64,000 bases of DNA from Girardia tigrina (taxonomy: Eukaryota): assembly GCA_001938485.1 (NCBI GenBank), contig MQRK01232790.1:18114-82113 (forward strand), read 5' to 3'. A model generated the notes under the pieces. That model searched no databases. It saw nothing but the letters and a program-made list of their open reading frames with translations, and was not told the origin of the DNA. Shown here in pieces: positions 39,721-52,720 of this stretch; the first letter of the stretch is position 1, and the number at the start of each line of letters is the position of its first letter. A program made the translations under genes and the position numbers.

Positions 39721-41987
39721 CTGAAGTTATAATACCAAAGATATATGCATACATATCTGAGCAAACAATAACGTGTTACCTACATATTTTACTATTGGGT
39801 TCTTGATCAAAAGACGTTGTCATCAACACAAAATTTTATTTCTACCACAATTTTAGTTTTTTTAAACAAATATTTCCGAGGAACTTTTGCACTTTCTTTT
39901 TACACAGACCATTATAAATAAGAATTGATATAAATAATAAATATGGTTATTGTATTTTTTACGAATTAAAATTCTATACTTTTTTTAATAAAAGATTATA
40001 AAGTGAATTAAAATTTTGTCACAAAGATTTTGTTTCGTCTTTTATTAAATTTCAATTTTATTGTAACATTAAATTTACCTATTTCTCAATTAAATTTCCC
40101 AATTCTATACAATAGCATTTTCCGTTTCGTTTTCATAATAGTTTTAAAAATTACATTGGATTTAATAATATTTTGAAAATAGAATTTAAAATCGCAATTT
40201 CATTTAATTTAACATTTTTTAAATTACCTCTTTTTTACATAAAAAATAAAATTATATTTCGATTAATAATTACGTTTTCCAAAATAAAATTAAAGTTGCA
40301 TTTTCATTTAAATCGATGTAATAGTTTTACAATTATATTTTTATTCCAATTAAAATTTCAAAAAAAAATAACAATTACATTTTTAATTTACTTTGATTTA
40401 AAAGTTACAAAAAATAGTTTAGTTTACTTTCATTTCGCAAATAAAATATTAAACTTATATTACTTTTGATTTTATTTCAATTAAATATTTTCATCAAATT
40501 TGAAATTAACTTTTACTTTATAATAAATTTTTACATTAATCTTTTAATAAACGTACCGTAAAATTTATTTTATTTCTTACATAAATTATTTTACATTTAA
40601 TTTCTGAAAATCTTATCTTAACATATCTGTAACAATATTTTACGGGATGTAATTGTTTAATTATTAATTTGATAAGATTGTACATTCAGAAATTTTATGA
40701 ACTCAACAATGCTCCCAACAGTTACTAAAACATAGCAATGCAATAAAAACACTACAAGTGTTATAAAAACGTTTTTTGAAAGCAAGAAGAAAAAACAAGA
40801 TGTTAATTATAATTATTAATTTACCGCAGTTATAATTACCTAGTTCACAAACTATTATTTCTGTTCAATAATTTCTTGAGATTTATTCACTGTTTGGCCC
40901 ATCGAAAGAAAGGGGCACCATTCGGAATCCAAATCTATTTCCCATATACCAATGGTACATCCCTAATGATCAGGAGATCCCTGAATAAACCCTAGAAATA
41001 ATGAAAACAAAATAATTAAATAAAGAAAAATTAAATAAAATCACTTTGTTTTCCAAAATGACTGACATCATCAGCTAACGCGACCTGAAAAAACAGAGAA
41101 TTAATCATAAAGCACTATTTCGAAATTACTACTCCACGAGTGTCCAGTAATGCAGAAATCCGAATACGATCCATTCGCAATCGAAAGAAGCATGTACACA
41201 ACTACGCAAACCGCGTGCGTTGTCCAAGAATCTCGGGTGGTTGATTGGCCTAGATTTCGGACTTCAATACGGACATCAATTTCATTAGATCTTCTCTTAC
41301 TTCTCAACAACGATAACTGTAATTTCGATCCTTACTCTTACGAAAAGTAGACACTCATAACAAATAATAAAAATGAGTAAAATTCAAACGGAAAAACAAG
41401 AACTCTCACACTCATTAGATGCAGGAATTTAACAAAGCTAACCCAATAGCGAGAGCACTTACAAACGCAACTCCACATTGTGTCGAGATAATACAACAGA
41501 ATTATACGAAAACCATCTTAGCGAAAGTAATCCTACGAAACAGGGTATAGAATTAAAATCAGCGGAACCGTTTTTATTTTTTATATAGTTTTACTTTTAT
41601 GTAATACCCCAATTCATTCGCATTATGTAATGTAATAAGTTTATAATAATTATAAATTATAAATAAATTATAAACTACAGTTATACATGATTATAAACTA
41701 TAAATTGTAATTACGATTATGATAAATTATAAACTTGTAATGTAATAGATGTAACTCGAGTGAAAATGTTAGTTCCATCGAGATATATAGGTCGTTAATC
41801 ATATAAATAATAAACAAAAGTTTAAAAAATAAAATGATAATTAAAAATGAAAACTTCAAAAGTTAAACGAAATATTAAAATAAAATAAAATACAATTCCA
41901 TTAAAATAACTATATTATAAACTTATTATATAAATATTTTAAAAATAACGACAATCAATTTTTAAAAGTCAAAAAATTTTCGTCAAA

Positions 41988-42045
41988 ATATATTGTGATT
42001 AATTTCGACGGATCGACCGTCATCATCAGACTGAATTAACAATGA
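41988..42045 (-). ncRNA. Minimal hammerhead ribozyme in the 3' pseudo-LTR
   Basis: CTGATGA-T-GACGG-tcgat-CCGTC-GAAA-ttaATC, with palindromic stem III ATTAAT. Confidence 0.8.
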
Positions 42046-44253
42046 TATACTCGCGTTTATATATCAAAGCAATGTTTATGTAATCATTATGTCATTTAAA
42101 TTATGAAAATACTTTCAATAAAGTTGAAGAGGAGGATGTTTGGACATTGATTTTAGTATCAAAAGATTTGATCAACAATGCTTCACTCATCACCCTCTCC
42201 CAGTAATTATCAAATTGTGAACACAAAATCTTAAAATTACTTACATCAACTTTACTATTCAAATAGTTCTTCTTATGTTGAGCAATATTGCTATCACTTT
42301 CCCTGCCATTATGTTCCTGAATCCGTTTACAGAGATGACGACAAGTCTCTCCGATGTATGTGGCGTCACATCCATTACATTTATATTGATAAACTAAATT
42401 GGAACATAACCCAGTTGAGTGATAGATTTACTAATAAACAAACTTCCTATCTTACATGATCTAGATACAATTTTTAAATTTAATAAATTATTTTCATCAT
42501 GTTTCAAAATAGAGTTTTTAAATTTCCTGAAACCCTCAGAGTAGGGAACAGTCAAAACAAAACCAATATTATCATAATTATTATTTATCTGATTTTTGTT
42601 TTTGTCGCTATTTATTGTATTTGATTTTTCATTTTCATTTNNNNNNNNNNNNNNNNNNNNNNNAGTTTCACGAGTTAATTTTTCAACTATCGATTTGGAA
42701 TATCCATTTTTATGAAGTAAATTCATTAACTTATCAATACTTTCATTACATTTAGCGTACGTAGACGAAAGTGTCCAAGATCAATAGATCAAACCTTTAA
42801 TCATATTTCTTTTATATTTAGGTTCAAAAAAGCTGTTAGGGGTTGTATATAACCCTGTATCAGTTTTCTTTCTATAGATCCCAGTTTAAAAATGGTAGTT
42901 TTTCGCTCTTTCTATCAAAAGATCTAAGAATGGTAAAACATTATTGTTTTCATATTCTACCGTGAATTTTATATTTGAATGTAAGGAATTATTATAATTT
43001 AAGAAAGGCTCAACTTGTTCTTTATTATCAAACAATGGAAGAATTTCATCTACATAACGTTTATAAATTTTAGGTTTAATACCATCATATAGACTTATTT
43101 TCTCTTCAGTCTGAGAAAGAAATATCGAAGTTAAAGTTGGAGCTAATGGAGAACCCATAGATACCCCATCAACCTGTTGATACCAATCATTATTAAATAA
43201 AAATCGTAAATTCGATGTTGCAAAATATAACAATTCCCGAAAAGCAATCTCATCAACTAAATGGTGTTCATTAACATTATTTCTCCATAATTGCTAAATT
43301 TGCTCCATATTTGTCTATAGTTTCATGTAAAAGAACATTTGTAAACAAATTTACAACGTCAAACGATACCATGAAATTATTATTTACGTCAAGATTAGAA
43401 ATTACCTCAACAAACTCAAAACTATCTCTACAAGTGAATTCAGAAGAAAGTAAAGGNNNNNNNNNTGAATCTAGATATTTAGCGATTCTGTACTGGGAAG
43501 TGTTAATCATTGAAATTACTGGTCTCATAGGAATTCCGTCTTTATGAACTTTTGGGAGACCATAAAGCTTAGCAGGTTGAGAACCAACCGAACGCAATGC
43601 AGATTCAAGATCACTATTTAAAGTACCAAAATAACGAGTTTCTTTAATAAGCAAGAAAGAGTTTCATCATCTTTGATAGGTGGTAATTTCCCATTTTTTC
43701 TAAACTTATCAATTTTAATAAATTGATGGCCACTTAAAACAATTTCTACTTTATTAATATAATCAGTACTGTTTAATACAATGAAACCATTTCCTTTATC
43801 AAACTTACATATTTTAACATCTTTCTTTCTTAAGTTTTTAAAATTGAATAATCTTTAATATTTTGTTCCTTATTTTTTTCAATATAATTAAGCGTGTTTT
43901 TATTTAACACGTTTTTTAAAAAATTCAAAATTTAGTTTATTAACTGAAGCAGCATTTGCGTGATAATATCTAAACGTATTTTCTACCTTTGATTTAAATT
44001 GAAATTCATTAAATCCCATTCTAATACTATGCTTAGGACCAAATTTTAATATAGCTATTTCTTCATTTGATAATGAACTATCACTTAAATTTAAAATTGT
44101 ATTTTGTAAATAAAATTTAAATGCACCAAAAATTCTCCGTAAATTATTTAATTTTTTATTTTGTGTCACAATTTTATCGTTACATGCTTTTTTACTAATA
44201 TTTTCAGAAATAGCAAAACATAAATGAAAACAATCAACATTACTTACATTATA

Positions 44254-45563
44254 CAGTGCGTTCAAAAAGTAACTGTGCACCTGCAATTTCAAAACAAGAA
44301 CGAAATCCTGTGTTCTAAAAATCAATAACAAAATATTTTGAATAGTCAATTTTATGTTAATTTAATTTAACCGTCTCTTAATTTATTAAAAATAACAAGA
44401 AAAGAGTCACAACAACTGCTGGAAATGCCCACCAGGTTCGTGAATACAAACGTTAATTCGACGTTTCAAGTTTTCGAACACTCGATGAATTTCCTGTTGG
44501 GTGATGGCTTCAATTTGGTGTAGGATGTTATCAAGTAGGTCTTGCAAAGCTTGTGGTTTGTTTCGGTAAACCTTTTGCTTTATCGCTCTTGGCGGCCAAA
44601 TTCCTTTGGAAATGATTCTCTTCGGGAAGATCTCATTCAAAAAACGAAGCGAAATGTTTGCGGTATGTGCTGTTGATGTTATGGTTTCAGTAAAAAAGAT
44701 GGGACCAATTACACGCCTCCTGGACATGGCACACCATACTCCAACTTTCAAGGAATGCAGAGGCTTCTCAACAAATTCATGCAAATTTTCACTGGACCAA
44801 ACTCGAGAATTTTGGCTACTCACATATCCAGACAAATGAAACCACGCTTCATCGGAAAAAAAGTCTTGTTGAGCATGTCATCCTCATTCAGATTTTCCTT
44901 GAACCAATGACAAGACTGGAGTCGCTTTTCAAAGTCTGTGTCTTTCAACTCATATTGACAAGTAACACGATATGGATATAAGCTTAAATTTTTCCTCACG
45001 GCGGCATGTGCAGTTCCAACGGATACACTCACTTCTTGAGATAAACGGCGCATTGACTTTGTTGGACTCTGGCTCATGGCTNTCGAAATAACATTGACTT
45101 TTTGCTCCGTTAAAATCGTTGGTCGACCTGAGCGGGAGGCATCATGAACGGATCCAGTTTCTCTGAACTTGTTCACTAACGCTCGAACTGCATTTCGATG
45201 AGGTATTACTGTTGCGGAAAACTTTTCGGCAAATTTTTCCTTCACTGCTTCTGTGTATTCATCATTCGCACGAAAGACATGTTCAATCAATAATATTCTC
45301 TCCTCCGTTGACAAAACCGGAATTAACTTCGCAATAAATTAACTTTCGTCAATGATTAGATTGAATATCAAAATGATATATTTTTTTAAAAAATTTAAAA
45401 CGCTCAGTGTCAAGGTCAAAGTGTGTAGGTATGTTTTTTGTTCACGAATCTATTTCATAGTTCGATTTCATAGAAATTTGCATTTAAAAAGTCTGCTACA
45501 ACGCTGATTATCTAAAAATAAACCAGACAATGAAAGGTGCACAGTGACTTTCTGAACGCACTG
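44254..45563 (-). mobile_element. Tc1/mariner (maT/DD37D-like) element nested in the Penelope ORF
   Basis: 29-bp TIRs CAGTGCGTTCA(A/G)AAAGT(A/C)ACTGTGCACCT and TA TSD. Transposase fragments at 45314-44407. Excision restores the Penelope frame (...TALY|NVSNV...). Confidence 0.95.
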
Positions 45564-45899
45564 TACAAAGCGGTATTGATCAAAGCTAATTGTTTCGTCA
45601 AATTATCCAATCTTTTATTTTCAACTTCCAGAATTCTTCTAAGTATTCTTCTGTGAATTCTTCTGACATCTTCTGATGACAAACATTCGTGTAATTTCGA
45701 TTTGAAAATGAACGATGGGATAATGTGTTCATCAATACAAGTTTCTAAAAACTGAATATCTAATTGTTTTCGATTTACCGATTCCAAAATTTTGATCTGT
45801 CTTCTAAAAATCTTGATTGCAATAGGATAAGATTCATATAAATATTTAAAAAATGACGACAATGAATTTTTAAAAGTCAAAAAATTTTTGTCAAAATAT

Positions 45900-45952
45900 A
45901 TTTTGATTAATTTCGACGGATCAACCGTCATCATCAGACTGAATTAACAATG
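45900..45952 (-). ncRNA. Minimal hammerhead ribozyme in the 5' pseudo-LTR, overlapping the ORF start
   Basis: CTGATGA-T-GACGG-ttgat-CCGTC-GAAA-ttaATC. ATGATG at 45934 lies inside the core. Confidence 0.8.
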
Positions 45953-46015
45953 ATATACTCGCGTTTAAATATCAAAGCAATGTTTATGTATTAATTAACT
46001 TAATTAATATTAAAT

Positions 46016-47030
46016 ATAACTCGTGAAACTGTCGATAAATTAATTAAATCGGAAAATGAAAATGAAAAATCAAATACAATAAATAGCGACAAAAACAAAA
46101 ATCAGATAAATAATAATTATGATAATATTGGTTTTGTTTTGACTGTTCCCTACTCTGAGGGTTTCAGGAAATTTAAAAACTCTATTTTGAAACATGATGA
46201 AAATAATTTATTAAATTTAAAAATTGTATCTAGATCATGTAAGATAGGAAGTTTGTTTATTAGTAAATCTATCACTCAACTGGGTTATGTTCCAATTTAG
46301 TTTATCAATATAAATGTAATGGATGTGACGCCACATACATCGGAGAGACTTGTCGTCATCTCTGTAAACGGATTCAGGAACATAATGGCAGGGAAAGTGA
46401 TAGCAATATTGCTCAACATAAGAAGAACTATTTGAATAGTAAAGTTGATGTAAGTAATTTTAAGATTTTGTGTTCACAATTTGATAATTACTGGGAGAGG
46501 GTGATGTGTGAAGCATTGTTGATCAAATCTTTTGATACTAAAATCAATGTCCAAACATCCTCCTCTTCAACTTTATTGAAAGTATTTTCATGATTTAAAT
46601 GACATAATGATTACGTAAACATTGCTTTGATATATAAACGCGAGTATATCATTGTTAATTCAATCTGATGATGACGGTTGATCCGTCGAAATTAATCACA
46701 ATATATTTTGACGAAAATTTTTTGACTTTTAAAAATTCAGTGTCGTTATTTTTTATATATTTATATAATAAGTTTATAATATAGTTATTTTAATGGAATT
46801 GTATTTTATTTTATTTTAATATTTCGTTTAACTTTTGAAGTTTTCATTTTTAATTATCATTTTATTTTTTTAAACTTTTTTTATTATTTATATGATTAAC
46901 GACCTATATATCTCGATGGAACTAACATTTTCACTCGAGTTACATCTATTACATTACAAGTTTATAATTTATCATAATCGTAATTACAATTTATAGTTTA
47001 TAATCATTTATAACTGTAGTTTATAATTTA
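46016..47030 (+). mobile_element. Inverted 5'-truncated copy of the Penelope 3' end (GIY-YIG, pLTR, tail)
   Basis: Near-identical reverse complement of 41665-42677. Confidence 0.93.
46650..46706 (+). ncRNA. Minimal hammerhead ribozyme in the inverted copy
   Basis: CTGATGA 46665-71, stem II GACGG/CCGTC, GAAA 46688-91, ATC cleavage triplet ending at 46697. Confidence 0.8.
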
Positions 47031-47786
47031 CAATTATAATTTTTAATTTATGGTTTACAAATGTGTACAGTATGACCTCAAAAATTGACCAATTTCTTAA
47101 ATTAGCCAACTTCCCACTTTGTCCACTTTTAGAAACAATATTTTAAAAATCGGTGGAAACCCTCTAAATTTGGCAAAACTCTGCTTTTGGCCAAAATTTT
47201 AAGATTTTAAAGCAAATATTCAAGATCCTCTGGATGAAGATGATTTTAATGATTACTTTTGGAGAAAATGATACATTAATGTGATATGAAATTGGAGAAA
47301 ATGAAAATTGAGATGGTAACAACTCAGTATTAGCTTTCTATATTTTTTGTCACATTTAGAGGTTATACTGTATAATTATCATTTACAATTTATCATGGTT
47401 ATAATTTATAATCTATAATTTACAATTATTTGCAATTATTGTTTGTAACTTATCATTTTGGTAATCCCACTTACAAATTAAAAGTTAATTTAAATCGCCG
47501 TAATAATAGTCTTGGTAACTGTTTTAGTAATAACTGTTTATAAGAATATAAATACAACAGCAATTTACATTATTATAGAATCGAAGATGCCAAAAAAGTG
47601 ACAAAACATGTTTATGAATAAAAATTTTAAATTAAAATAGTTTTTTTATTATTTTTTAGTACTAAAAGTGCCGTGTGATAAAAAATAAATTATCTTTGCC
47701 GAAAAATTGTATCGTAGTAAACATATTACATTTTTCAAAAATATTAACAAATTGTAGGACGATAATAATTGAGCTTTAATTTTTAA

Positions 47787-48098
47787 AACCTTAAGCTAAA
47801 CCCCGAATCCTAACCCAAACCGAAACAAAAAACTGATCATAACCCCTAACTCTAATCGTAACCTTAATCCCTAACTTTAACCCTAAACCGTAACTGTAAC
47901 TCACTAACCTAACACTCACACCTCAGCTAATCCTTACAACTAACTCCAACTCTAACCATAAATATAACCTTAATCTTAAACCCAAATCCCAACCCCTAAC
48001 ACTAAATCTAACCTAAATCCTACCCATAACCCACCATACCCTTATCGTAACCCAGAAAGCCTAAGCTTTAATTATATCCCTAACCTTAAACCTAACCA
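47787..48098 (+). repeat. Degenerate (CCCTAA)n-like interstitial tract
   Basis: About 300 bp of taaccc/ctaacc/taatcc variants with strong C-strand bias. Confidence 0.75.
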
Positions 48099-48909
48099 TA
48101 TATAAATGAAATGTTGATAATATTATTAATAACGAAAATTTTTAATTTATACTAAATTGATATTTAACAATATAATTAGTAAATAAGTGATATAAATCGT
48201 CATTTATCAAATAAATTGGTATTTTATTAGTATTTTCATAAAAATTCTCACGAAATTATTTATAAAAATCATCCAAATCGGCATTTTTCGATAATCGGTG
48301 ATGATTTAACAATTAACGACCTGCGAGGTTTTCAGTCGATTTCGTCGGCATCTTTCGACAAAGGCGCACTACCGATAGAACTCTCTCGATGCGCGCGATG
48401 CAGATTAACCACGTACTTACGTTGATTCTCTTCTATTTCTCCATAGTTGCGCATTTTGATCAAAGCGTGACCGAAAAACCAACAAACAAACTAACTAACA
48501 TTTTAGACAAACATTTTTAATTATTTATTTTTTTAATTTTAATTTTCATTAAATTATCTTTTATATTGTATGTTTATTCACATATCTATAAAATCAGTTA
48601 GTAATTTTGCTATAAACAATTCAAATAGTGAAATACAAAACAAATCGAACATTCGACAAATTTAATAAAGATAAATTGACTTAAGGCAGGAGAAGAGGAA
48701 GACATTACATATAAATAGAGAATTCAAAATCTATGAATAGAAATTTATTTAAATTCTGAAATACTCCGCATGATTTTAATATCAAAACGAATTGAATTAG
48801 TGTTGAAACTCTAATTGGTCTCCATTTCCTGTGTTTTTGAATCTCCTCATCTTGATTTTCGAAAATGTTGTTATTAAAAAGCGCTTTCCGATTATAAATT
48901 GTTGATATA

Positions 48910-50168
48910 TAGGGTGTTCTAAAAGTAAAGGGGCATGTTTGTTTTAATCTATCTCAGATAGGCATTTTATTTCGCGGAAATTCATATTTACGTTTTAACA
49001 CTAACTATTCTCATTTATTTACAGATGAATGAAATCTTGACACGACGCCCACTTAAGGAGAGAATTAAAATGGTACTTCTCTACTCACAATTCCAAAATT
49101 ATGAAGATATACAAAGACAGTTTCATTTTTCTTTTGCTACATCACTTCCTAAGTTTATGACGATCAAGGCAGTGTTTGAGCAATTTCAGCAGACTGGAAA
49201 CGTTGAAGATCTTCCAAGGTCAGGGCACCCAGCTACATCTACAATGCCTGAACGGTTCGAACAATTTCAAAAGTTTGCCGCCGCAGATTCTTCAACGTCA
49301 GTGTCTCGTAAGGCAGTCGCTCTTAACCTGCCACGAACGAGCTACTACCGCCTGCTTGTGAAACTTTATCTTAATCCCTACCGCCTGCAACTCGTGCCAA
49401 TGCTCACCGATTGAGACTTTGATAAGCGAGAAGAGTTTTTCAAAACGTTTGTGGAGAGATTCGCTGCCGACCCTCACTTAATTGACGACATAATGTGGAC
49501 ATATGAATCTTTGTTTCACCTATCTGGAATAGTGTCACACCACAACAATATTTGGTGGGGTTCAAAGAATCAACACACTCAAAAGCAGATTCTAAACTCT
49601 CTCTAGGGAATTATGGTGTGCTGTGGAGTAATTTCGGTGGGTGTATTGTGACCTTACTTATTTGATAATTACTTCTTTGTCAATGCTAATGCAAACAACT
49701 GGGTGGCCTTATGCGTGATACACGAGGCTTACTTTCCAGCATGACGGGACTTCTGCGCATTACGCAGCTATTGTACGCAGCTGTCTCGACCAAAGGTTTT
49801 CTCAGTGGTGGATCGGTAGAGGTGGTCAAATGGAGTGGCACCCTCGTTCATCTGATTTAATTGTGTGTGATAACTTCCTCTGAGGCTAATTGAAAGCCTG
49901 CTAATATTGCTGATCTCCGAGACAAGATTTAGTGCAGCATTAAGAAAATACCACAGAACATTGAAAATACCACAGAACATAGTATATGAACGGTTTGAAT
50001 AGTGTACCGCCTAGCAGGGAAAACAATTGCAAATTTGATCCCATTCAGAACACTTTCTATATGTTGACAGATACAGCTGTACCTGTAAAAGAAAAACTTT
50101 GTATTTTCTTTTATTTTGTCAGATATGCATACAAAATAATGTCTTCCCATTGCTTTTGGAACAACTTA
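48910..50168 (+). mobile_element. Tc1/mariner (maT/DD37D-like) element, decayed
   Basis: TIRs tagggtgttctaaaag / cttttggaacaactta. ORF 49025 has GNVEDLPRSGHP, followed by IMWTYESLFHLSG, FQHDG and EWHPRSSDL. Confidence 0.88.
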
Positions 50169-51384
50169 TAGTTTGACTATAAAAAATAGAAAATGTAAAG
50201 AAATATTTATTGAGAATATTGTTCATTTACCAGTTCATTTATCAGTTGAGATTTAAATAGTTCAATTAATTTATAGTTTGCTTAAAAATATAAAAATATT
50301 TAACAATTATACAAATCACATTAATCCCATTGGATATCATAATAGTGTCAAATAACCCCGTCTGGTAGACTGACGACCAATAATTTATTTTTAGAGAAAT
50401 ATTTGAGCAAATTAAAAAAAAATTTTAAATACTAAAAATTTATTTAAAATTATATTCATTTATTCTAATTTTACAATTATTTTTATAATAGAATTGAAAT
50501 TTTTAAATATGTGGATAAGTTCTATACATAAAAAAAAGTCTATTAACCTGTTTATTATGTTTGAAACTGTAGGACTGACTGCAACCAAACTTTCTTCACA
50601 CAATCACTGTAAGTAGCGTTTATGCCACTTTCATTATCATTAGAATCAGGATTCATAATTTAACATATATTAAATTTTTCTTCGAATTAAATTTGTAAAA
50701 TTTAATAAATTTTAAAACTTTGAATTAATAAAATAATTTTTAAATAAAAACTAAAAATTCTATAAAATTTTATCTTAAAACTAATTAATTTAAATTTACC
50801 ATAATTCTTTTATTTAACAAAATTATTTCTTAAAATATTATAAAATTTAATCCGTTTATTATTTATTTTAAAATTTATTTAAAAACTTAACTTAAAATTT
50901 GTTTAAAATTCTTTCAAGCCTTTTATTAAAATATATCAATTGTTATGACTGTAAACATTTCTTTATTTTTAAATAAGTATTTAATCTTTGATAATTTTCT
51001 TTATTATATCATTTTTAATTTTAAAACTATTGTATTTATCTATTTTTTTAAAAACATTCAAATTAAAAAAATAATAAAATATTTTGGAGAGATGCAAATT
51101 TAAATTAACTCCTCATAATCACCATATCCATATTTTCTAAAAAAACCTATTCTTTGATACTTACCAATAGGATTGCAGTAAAAGTAAGAGTTTCATTAGC
51201 CAAGACGTATCCTTAGCACTTTCAGTATACTTGGTGAACCTTTTCTGTTAAATTAAATACGCGCTATCAGATTTTTAAAATGCACGGCAGATACCTCCGC
51301 TTTGGGGGTAAATAAAGCTTCATAAAAGAAGATAAATATTTAATTATTTCATAAATTTAAAAAAATATTTAATTAATTTTGTAG

Positions 51385-51499
51385 TTAGAAACCCTGCAAA
51401 AGAAAATGTCATCTCCAGATTGTTTGATGGATCAGAATTTATTGGAATATGATTCTATAACTGCTGAAACATTGATAAAAAAGAAAACATTTACAAGAT
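51385..51499 (+). CDS. Amine oxidase exon 4
   Basis: Acceptor ttttgtag. LETLQKKMSSPDCLMDQNLLEYDSITAETLIKKKTFTR resembles the MAO (W/Y)DxxT segment. Donor gtaagt, phase 1. Confidence 0.85.
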
Positions 51500-52142
51500 G
51501 TAAGTAAATTAACTTATTTATTTCAAAGTTGAACATTTTAAAATGGAAATTGGCAAAATGTAACAGTTGTAACTTTTTTGTATTCATTACATGAAGTAAT
51601 TACCGGAAATCAGGGGTATGTTGCAGAGAGGAATCAGGAAAAAACATTCCTTGCAACAAGAAACAAAATTATAATTACTGAATTTCAAAATATTTTATTA
51701 TTTAATTATACTATTTTATGCACTATTTTTATGATTTCATTGTCATCGAGTTAAGATTCTAATTTATTTGTGTACTTAGATTACTTTTTTAAATGCCATG
51801 AACTGAATTCAAAAGTACATTTGAATTATAATTAAAAATATTTGTAATTAATTTTAAAAAGTAATTCTCTCAAATGAGTTAATGAAATTTTATTTGCTAT
51901 AAATGTAATTTTCAAAACAGATAATTTTTAAACGTTAAAGCTATTAGAGGTTCTTGGAACATCGTCGGAATTATTACTCTGAGTTATTTGAGACATCAAA
52001 ATTTTTATTATAGCACACCAACAAAAATGTTGAAATCTAATATTTAAACAAACTTATTAATTTTTTTGAGAAACAATTTGTTTTATAAATCTTAAACCGG
52101 TATCAATAAAAATATCAATAAAAATATTCTATTTATTTCAAG

Positions 52143-52300
52143 GTGTCTTAGATTCAATACGGTCAGGTTTAAGAGCGTCCTTTGGATCGGAAATGAATAA
52201 ATTATCCGCTCTTTATTTATTTGCTTTTGCCAATTCTTGTGGAGGATTTTTTAACATGCTCGAGAGCGGAGAAAATTCAGCTCACGGATACAAAATTGAG
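52143..52300 (+). CDS. Amine oxidase exon 5; gene presumably continues beyond the window
   Basis: Acceptor tttcaag. (C)VLDSIRSGLRASFGSEMNKLSALYLFAFANSCGGFFNMLESGENSAHGYKIE resembles the MAO E-x-x-x-x-SALW...CGG segment. Donor gttaga. Confidence 0.88.
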
Positions 52301-52720
52301 GTTAGAAAATAATGTGTATATAATTATCAATATATTAATAAATTTATGTATTTAAATGATTTCAAAACTTATTTACATGATGTACGACTAGGTTAGATTT
52401 ATTTGCGATAAATAAATAAAATTAATTATATTAATGTTTTATTGAAAACTTAATATTTATTTAGAAATATAAGGAAATAATTTAGTCCATGACAAAGATC
52501 CAAGATGTATTTTAGAACAAAATATTTTGGAATAGGCATCCCGAATCTTCCATACATAATTTTTTACCTAAAATTACAAAAAGGTTATTTAAAGTATAGA
52601 GTATTTTAATAAATCCTTAAAATACAATAACTTATTTTTTATGACAGTAACTTAGTAAGGTATAACACTATTTTTCCAAAGGTGTCAAAAGACACCTTTT
52701 TTAATTTTAACTTTTTATTA

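Larger units (their letters stand above)
41665..45990 (-). mobile_element. Penelope-like retroelement (N-terminal domain, RT, GIY-YIG), pseudogenised, with pseudo-LTRs
   Basis: LYGLPKVHKDGIPMRPVIS, SFDVVNLFTNV, QVDGVSMGSPLAP, YKRYVDE, LPFLD and VYQYKCNGCDATYIGETCRHLCKRIQEH. Direct repeats of about 150 bp at 41933-42082 and 45841-45990. Confidence 0.95.

Noticed and set aside
40173-40469. 98-aa F/I/K/L-rich ORF
   Set aside because: Compositional artefact of extremely AT-rich DNA.
47578-47615. tcgaaga-tgcca-aaaaag-tgac-aaaa-catgt, resembling the decayed hammerhead at 39257
   Set aside because: Too many core mismatches to call.
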